A stretch of 64,000 bases of DNA, from the NCBI RefSeq assembly GCF_009914755.1, contig NC_060947.1. One strand, written 5' to 3'. Source of the DNA: the human T2T-CHM13v2.0 reference genome, Homo sapiens. A program made the translations under genes and the position numbers. The first letter of the stretch is position 1. The number at the start of each line of letters is the position of its first letter. The notes beneath the pieces were generated by a model. That model did no database searches and was not told where the DNA came from. It saw nothing but the letters and a program-made list of their open reading frames with translations. This document shows, piece after piece, positions 56,233 through 64,000 of the stretch.

Positions 56233-59200
56233 CCATCTCTCACTTTATACAAAAATCGTCTCACGATGGATCAAAGACTTAAACCTAAAACCTAAAATCA
56301 TAAAAATTCTAGAACACAACATTAGAAAAACTCTTCTAGACATTAGCTTAAGCATAGAATTCATGACTAAGGCCCCTAAAACAAATGTAACAAAAACAAA
56401 AATAAATAAATGTTACCTAACTAAACTAAAAATCTTCTGCATAGTAAAAGAAATTATCAGCAGAGTAAAGAGACAACCCACAAGATATGAGAAAATATTC
56501 TCAACCTATGCATCCAACAAAAGATTAGTATCCAGAATCTACAAGAAACTCAAAAAAATCAGCAAACAACAAACCAGTCTTACCAAAAAGTGGACCAAAG
56601 AAATGAACAGGCATTTCCCCAAAGAAGATATACAAACAGCCAACAAACATACAAAAAAAAAAAAATACTTCACAACACTAATCATCAGGAAAATGCAAAT
56701 TAAAATCACAAGGAGATACCATTTTACTCCTTAAGAATGACTGTAATTAAAGTCAACAAACAATAGATGTTGGCATGGATGTGCGGAAAAGGGAACACAT
56801 ATATACTGCTGGTAGAAATTTAAATTACTACATAGTAATTACCATTACTATGGAAAACAGTATGGAGATTCCTTAAAGAACTAAAAGTAGACCTATTCGG
56901 TCCAGCAATCCCACTACTGGATATCTTCCTGAAGAAAAAGAAGTCATTATATGAAGAAAAAAAAAAACACATGTTTAGAGCAGAAAAATTTACAAGAGCA
57001 TAGATATGGAACCAACCAAATGCCCATCAACCAACAAGTAGATAAAAATAAATGTGGTATATATACACCATGGAATACTACTCAGTCGGGAAAAGGAATA
57101 CAATAATGTCTTTTGCCACAAGTTGGGTGCTGCTGGAGGCCATTATTCTTAGTGGAGCAGGGCCAGGGACGCCCATCCCCCTAGACTCACTCAGAAAAAG
57201 GAACAAAATAATGTTTTTTGCAGCAACTTGGGTGCTGCTGGAGGCTATTATTCTGTAGTGGAGCACAACCAGGGATGGCCATCCCCCTAGGCTCAACTTA
57301 CTCCCATAGAAGACTTTAGACCTAGGGGAACTATAGGGCCTGAACTCTGCAGGGTCGGTTTGACATGAGCACCCCTCGGTCTACTGGCTTCTCCTGGGGC
57401 CTGGCTGTGTCCACTGAGGTGAAGTAACTCGGGAATGGAAAACCAAATATTGCATGTTCTCACTTAGAAGTGGGAGCTAAGCTATAAGAATGCAAAGGCT
57501 AACAATGATATAATGTACTCAGAGGGTGGTGAAGGTCGGGAGAGGAGTGAGAGACGAAAGACTACATATTGGGTACAGTGTACACTGCTTGAGTGACTGG
57601 TGCACTAAAATTTAAGAAATCACCACAGAAGAACTTATCCATGTAACCAAAAACCACCTGTACCCCAAAACCTATTAAAATAAGAAAAAAATATATTTTT
57701 TAAAATTTTATCTTATTTGATGTCCTTGGTGTTTTGATTGTGGTGTAAGTGGATTCGGTTTACTGGCTTTTTTCCTGAAAGATTTTAGGAGACCAAGGCT
57801 CAGCTCAGGACTACTGGACTGTGTGTTCTAACTCTGGGGGACTGGTATCTGGTCCTGGCTTTGATCTGTCTTATCGAGGTTAGAAACATGCTGTGCTGGA
57901 GGGGCCAAGGTGCTCCAGGACCACTGGTCACAACACTGATGAGTGGTGCCAGCCAAAGCACTTCGTGGGCAGTGGCAGCAGGAATTGTCCTCGCTCGCAC
58001 ATGCCGGCAGCAGCAGCAGATGCAGCATTGCTGGGTGTACGCTCCTTGGCTGCAGCAGGATATTAGCAGGTGCTAGGGTGCGAACCTCTGTGTGAGCACT
58101 GGAAACAGTGGTCAAGGCAGTACAGCTTGGGGGCTGGGAGGCTTCCCCTGGTGACTGTGCACGCGTTAATGCCGGTGGTGGTGTTAGCATGTGGACCGGG
58201 TTCTGTTGGGTGCAGGATTCGGTGAGCCCTCTGTGCACCCTCACGCTGGTGGTGGTCACTGCTCCCGCCTAGGGGCAGGTCCCCTGATTTCCAAGCCTAG
58301 TTTCCTGCTGGAGGCAGTGTTAGCAGAATGCTGGCGCGGGCAGATCTGGCGGCTCCATACCTGCCACTGCTCAAACGACAATGGTGGTGTGATGAGGGGA
58401 GTTGGCGGAGGTGCGCTCATGCCCATAGCAATGGCACGGCAGAGTGCATGCGCACACGCGTGCTAGCAGAGAAAGGAGGGCTTCGTGCCCCCATGCACAC
58501 ACGCACCAGCAAAGCGGTGTGGAGGGGTGGCCATGGGTGAGTGACTGCAGGCAAAGGGATACAGGGGAGTTTGCAATGGGGGAGGACGCAGACTAGCTGG
58601 TGCATGTCGGCTGGGGCCACTATGCTGGAGCACTCTGCCAGTCAGGCATGGTCTGCAAGTGCAGGAGGTATAATGTGAGCCCCCAGGAGGCACCTAGGGG
58701 CTACACTGCAAGCAGACACAGCCATGCTGGGGCCCCAGGAGCAGCCAGTAGACCGAGGGTCACTCATGTCACAGTGATCCTTTCTCATGATCAAAACCGC
58801 CCTGCAGACTTCAGGCCCTATAGTCCCCCAAGGGCTAAAGCCTCCTATGGGAGCAAGTTGAGTCTAGGGGGATGGGTGTCTCTGACCGTGCCCCACTAAG
58901 ATATTCCTGCACCAAACCCTTATGGGCTCCACACTGGCTGGAGTTCTGCACCTACCACTTCTCTAAGCAGCTTTCTCTGACAACTTAAGTGTCTGTTGTA
59001 GTCGAGGGGTCTCCTCCTGATGAGGTTCCAGAGGCCCCTGGCAAGAGCAAGTTGCTCCTTGCATGTTAAGGTAACCCCTTGCACAGGAGTCATTGGGAGC
59101 CAAGAATGATTCCAAGTGTTGTGTAAGTCCCAGTAGGCCTTCCATCTTCCTCCCGCTTCATCTCAGACACTCTTTCTTTCATCCCTCTGCTCTCAATGCC

Positions 59201-59345
59201 TTCCCTCTGAAGATCTGCTAGGAATTATACAGTCTTCCCAATGTCATAGGAGATGTTACCCCTGGTTGCCTCTCGTCAGCCATCTTGGGCAGAAATATTT
59301 AAGCTATTATAGACTATGGTCACCCTGTTGTCTTGAATTCTATTT

Positions 59346-59640
59346 TTGTCTTTGTAGTAGAATGATTTATATTCCTTTGGGTATATGCCCAGTAGTGGGA
59401 TTGCTGGGTCAAATGGTATTTCTGGTTCTAGATCCTTGAGGAATTGTCGCACTGTCATCCACAGTGTTTGAACCAATTTACATTCCCACCAACATTGTAA
59501 AAGCATTCCTATTTCTCCACAGTCTCACCAGCATCTATTGTTTCCTGACATTTTAATAATCGCCATTCTGACAGCGTGAGATGGTATCTCATTGTGGTTT
59601 TGATTTGCATTTCTCTAATGATCAGTGATGATGAGATTTT
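59346..59640 (-). mobile_element. L1PA ORF2 C-terminal fragment
   Basis: ORF 59276-59506 '[12 protein letters not shown]...[16 protein letters not shown]'. It is interrupted at 59640 by a younger L1 tail. Confidence 0.8.
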
Positions 59641-62600
59641 TTGTTCTTTTTTTTATTATACTTTAAGTTCTAGGGTACATGTACACAATGAGCAGGTTTG
59701 TTACATAGGTATACATGTTCCCTGTTGGTTTGCTGCACCCATCAACTCATCATTTACATTAGGTATTTATCCTATTGCTATCCCTCCCCCAGACCCCCAA
59801 CCCCTAACAGGCCCCAGTGTGTGATGTTCCTCTCCCTGTGTCCACGTGTTCTCATTGTTCAACTCCCACTTATGAGTGAGAACATGCGGTGTTTGGTTTT
59901 CTGTTTCTCTGTTAGGTTGCTGAGAATGATGGTTTCCAGCTTTACCCACGTCCCTGAAAAGGACATAAACTCATTCTTTTTATGGCTGCATAGTATTCCA
60001 TGGTGTATATGTGCCAAATTCTCTTTATCCAGTATTTCATTGATGGGCATTTGAGTTGGTTCCAAGTCTTTGCTATTGTGAATAGTGCTGAAATAAACAT
60101 ACGTGTGCATGTATCTTTATAGTAGCATGATTTATAATCTTTGGGTATATACGCAGTAATGGGATTGTTGGGTCAAATTGTAGTTCTAGTTGTAGATCCT
60201 TAAGGGATCACCACACTGCCTTCCACAATGGTTGAACTAATTTACACTCCCACCAACAGTGTAAAAGCGTTCCTATTTCTCCACATCCTTTCCAGCATCT
60301 GTTGTTTCCTGACATTTTAATGATCGCCATTCTAACTGGTGTGAGATGGTATTACATTGTGGTTTTCATTTGCATTTTTCTGATGGCCAGTGATGATGAG
60401 CATTTTTTCATGTGTCTGTTGGCTGCATAAATGTCTTCTTTTGGGTAGTGTCTGTTTATATCCTTTGCCCACTTTTTGATGGGGTTGTTTATTTATTTAT
60501 TTATTTATTTGTAAATTTGTTTAAGTTCTTTGTAGATTCTGGATATTAGCCCTTTGTCAGATGGATAGATTGCAAAAATTTTCTCCCAATTTGTAGGTTG
60601 TGTGTTCACTCTGATGATAGCTTCTTTTTCTGTGCAGAAGCTCCTTAGTTTAATTAGATCCCATTTGTCAATTTTGGCTTTTGTTGCCATTGGTTTTGGT
60701 GTTTTAGTCATGAAGTCTTTGCCCATGCCTGTGTCCTGAATGGTATTGCCTAGGTTTTCTTCTAGGGTTTTTATGGTTTTAGGACTTACATTTAAGTCTT
60801 TAATCCATCTTGAGTTAATTTTTACATAAGGTGTAAAAAAGGGATCCAATTTCAGCTTTCTACTTCTGGCTAGCCACTTTTCCCAGCACCATTTATTAAA
60901 TAGGGAATCCTTTCCCCATTTCTCATTTTTGTCAAGTTTGTCAAAGAACAGATGGTTGTAGATGTGTGGTGTTATTTCTGAGGCCTCTGTTCTGTTCCAT
61001 TGGTGTATATATCTGTCTTGTTACCAGTACCATGCTGTTTAGGTTACTGTAGTCTTGTAGTATAGTTTGAAGTCAGGTCGTGTGATGCTTCCAGCTTTGT
61101 TCTTTTTGCTTAGGATTGCCTTGGCTATGTGAGCTCCTTTTTGGTTCCATATGAACTTTAGTTTTTTCCAATTCTGTGAAGAAAGTCATTGGTAGCTTGA
61201 TGGGGATGGCATTGAATCTATAAATTAACTTGGGCAGTATGGCCATTTTCAGGATATTAATTCTTCCTATCCATGAGCATGGAATATTCTTCCATTTTTT
61301 TGTGTCCTCTTTTATTTTGTTGACAAGTGGTTTGTAGTTCTCCTTGAAGGGGTCCTTCACATCCCTTGTAGTTGGATTCCTAGGTGTTTTATTTTCTTTG
61401 TAGTAATTGTGAATGGGAGTTCACCCATGATTTGGCTGCTTGTCTGTTCTTGGTGTATAGAAATGCATGATTTTTGCACATTGATTTTGTATCCTGAGAC
61501 TTTGCTGAAGTTACTTATCAGCTTAAGGAGATTTGGGGATGAGCTGATGGGATTTTTTAAGTATACAATCATGTCATCTGCAAAGATAGGCAATTTTACT
61601 TTCTCTTTTCTTAATTGAATACCCTTTATTTATTTATCTTGTCTGATTGCCTTGGCTGAACTTCCAATACTATGTTGAATAGGGGTGGTGAGAGAGGGCA
61701 TCCTTGTCTTGTGCCAGTTTTCAAAGGAAATGCTTCCAGTTTTTGCCCATTCAGTATGATATTGCCTGTGGGTTTGTCATAAATAGCTCTTATTATTTTG
61801 AGATATGTTCCATCAATACCTAGTTTTTTGAGAGTGTTTAGCATAAAAGGCTGTTGAATTTTGTCAAAGGCCTTTTCTGCATCTGTTGAGATAATTATAT
61901 GGTTGTTGTCATTGGTTCCGCTTATGTGATGGATTACATTTATTGATTTGGGTATGTTGAACCAGCCTTGCATCCCCAGGATGAAGCCAACTTGATCATG
62001 GTGGATAAGCTTTTTGATGTGCTGCTGTATTCGGTTTGCCAGTATTTTGTTGAGGATTTTCCCATTGATTTTCATCAGGGATATTGGCCTACAATTCTCT
62101 TTTTTTATTGTGTCTCTGCCAGAATATGGTATCAGGATGATGCTGCCCTCAGAAAATGTGTTAGAGAGAATTACCTCTTTTTCTATTGATTGGAATAGTT
62201 TCAGAAGGAATGGTACCAGCCGCTCTTTGTACCTCTGGTGCAATTCGGCTGTGTATCCATCTGGTCCTGGATTTTTTTGCTTGGTAGGCTATTAATTATT
62301 TCCTCAATTTCAGAACCTGTTATTGGTCTATTCAAAGATTCAACTTCTTCCTGGTTTAGTCTTGGGAGGGTGTATGTGTCCAGGAATTTATCCATTTCTT
62401 CTAGATTTTCTAGTTTATATGCATAGATGTGTTTATACTATTCTCTGATGGTAGCTTGTATTTCTATGGGATCGGTGGTGATATCCCTTTTATCATTTTC
62501 TATTGTGTCTGTTTGATTCTTCTCTCTTTTCTTCTTCACTAGTCTGGCTAGCAGTCTATCTATTTTGTTGATCTTTTCAAAAAAACAGCTCCTGGATTCA

Positions 62601-64000
62601 TGAATTTTTTTAAGAGTTTTTGTCTCTATCTCCTTCAGTTCTGCTCTGATGTTAGTTATTTATTGTCTTCTGCTAGCTTTTGAATTTGTTTGCTCTTGCT
62701 TCTCTGGTTCTTTTAATTGTGATGTAATGGTTTCAATTTTAGATCTTTTCTGCTTTTTATTGTGGCCACTAAGTGCTATAAATTTCTCTCTACACACTTC
62801 TTTAAATATGTCCCAGAGATTCTGGTACGTTGTGCCTTTGTTCTTATAGGTTTCAAAGAACATCTTTATTTCTGCCTTCATTTCGTTATTTACTCAGTAT
62901 TCATTCAGGAGCAGGTTTTTCAGTTTTCATGTAGTTCTGTGGTTTTGAGTGAGTTTCTTAATGCTGAGTTCTAATTTGATTGCACTGTGGTCTGAGAGAC
63001 AGTTTGTTGTGATTTCTGTTCTTTTACATTTGCTGAGGAGTGTTTCACTTCCAATTATTTGGTCAATTTTAGAATATGAGCAAAGTGGTGCTAAGAAGAA
63101 TGTATATTTTATTGATTTGGGGTGGAGAGTTCTGTAGATGTCTATTAGGTAAACTTGGTGCAGAGCTGAGTTCAAGTCCTGGGTATCCTTGTTAATTTTC
63201 TGTCTTGTTGATCTGTCTAATATTGACAGTGGGGTGTTAAAGTCTCCCATTATTATAGTGTGGGAGTCTAAGTCTCTTTGTAGGTATATAAAAACTTGCT
63301 TTATGTGTCTGGGTGCTCCTGTATTGGGTGCATATGTTTAGGATAGTTAGCTTTTCTTGTTGAATTGATCCCTTTACCATTATGTAGTGGCTTTCTTTGT
63401 CTCTTTTGATCTTTGTTGGTTTAAAGTCTGTTTTATCAGAGACCAGGATTGGATTACAACCCCTGCTTTTTTTTTTTTTTTTTTTGCTTTCTATTTGCTT
63501 CGTAGATCTTCCTTCATCCCTTTATTTTGAGCCTATATGTGTCTTTGCATGTGAGGTGGGTCTCTTGAATACAGCACACCAATGGGTCTTGACTCTTTAT
63601 CCAATTTGCCAGTCTGTGTCTTTTAACTGGGGCATTTAGCCCACTTACATTTAAGGTTAATATTGTTATGTGTGAATTTGAGTCTGTCGTTATGTTGCTA
63701 GCTGGTTATTTCACCTGTTAATTGATGCAGTTTCTTCATAGCATCAATGGTCTTTACAATTTGGCATGTTTTTGCAGTGGCTGATACCGGTTGTTCCTTT
63801 CCATGTTTAGTGCTTCCTTCAGGAGCTCTTGTAAGGCAGGTCTGGTGGTGACAAAATCTCTCAGCATTTGCTTGTCTGCAAAGGATTTTATTTCTCCTTC
63901 ATTTATGAAGCTTAGTGTGGCTGGATATGAAATTCTGGGTTGAAAATTCTTTTTTTTTAAAGGATGTTGAATACTGGCCCCCATTCTCTTCTGGCTTGTA
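59641..64000 (-). mobile_element. LINE-1, L1PA6-8-like (3'UTR, ORF2, end of ORF1), continues beyond the window
   Basis: Poly-T plus tatactttaagttctagggtac, ORF2 fragments (61626-62243, 62927-63250) and the ORF1 C-terminus at 63754-63984. Confidence 0.93.

Larger units (their letters stand above)
48396..57692 (+). mobile_element. 5'-truncated L1PB3/4-like element split by the HERV-L provirus
   Basis: ORF2 RT homology at 48396-49674 continues at 56233. L1PB-type 3'UTR (agactacatattgggtacagtgtacactgc) and an A tail at 57676-57692. Confidence 0.88.
46491..59290 (-). mobile_element. L1PA15/16 (L1P4/PREC2-like) element lacking its 3' half, interrupted by nested insertions
   Basis: Pieces: 46491-47757 (EN region, ORF 46639-46821), 48040-48395 (ORF1), about 57700-59290 (ORF1 start and GC-rich 5'UTR ending cagccatcttggg, the YY1-type 5' end). 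Confidence 0.75.

Noticed and set aside
57080-57295. Repeat-spacer-like pattern resembling a CRISPR array or satellite
   Set aside because: There are only two units of about 105 bp, fully explained by L1PB sequence plus the inverted local donor.
57800-59145. Cluster of ORFs in GC-rich sequence as a host gene or exon
   Set aside because: It lies between the ORF1 start and the YY1-type 5' terminus of an L1, so it is a 5'UTR. The ORFs have no recognisable motifs and occur on both strands.

Overview
Primate (catarrhine, probably hominoid/human) genomic DNA made almost entirely of transposable elements. I found no host gene, RNA gene or intact autonomous element. The window is a deeply nested stack. 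An old L1MA-type LINE-1 (minus strand) survives as three pieces (5823-8734, 15181-17569, 44607-46490). It is split by an L1PB (1-5822), a full-length L1PA7/8 (8735-15180) and a second L1PB (17570-44606). That second L1PB holds an L1PA3-like 3' fragment, an internally deleted full-length L1PA5/6, an AluY, another full-length L1PA7/8 and a third L1PB, which itself carries an AluSq-like element and an L1 3' end with an apparent 3' transduction. To the right, an L1PA15/16-like element hosts an L1PB3/4 that hosts a complete but decayed HERV-L provirus (MLT2A LTRs, 49675-56232). An L1PA7/8-like element runs off the right edge. Most junctions have readable target-site duplications. I see no new gene system. 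The most unusual signal is a series of templated inverted insertions and fold-back scars, best seen at 57080-57420 and 28080-28117, which look like fossil template-switching repair. Subfamily names come from recalled consensus features and need RepeatMasker/Dfam confirmation.
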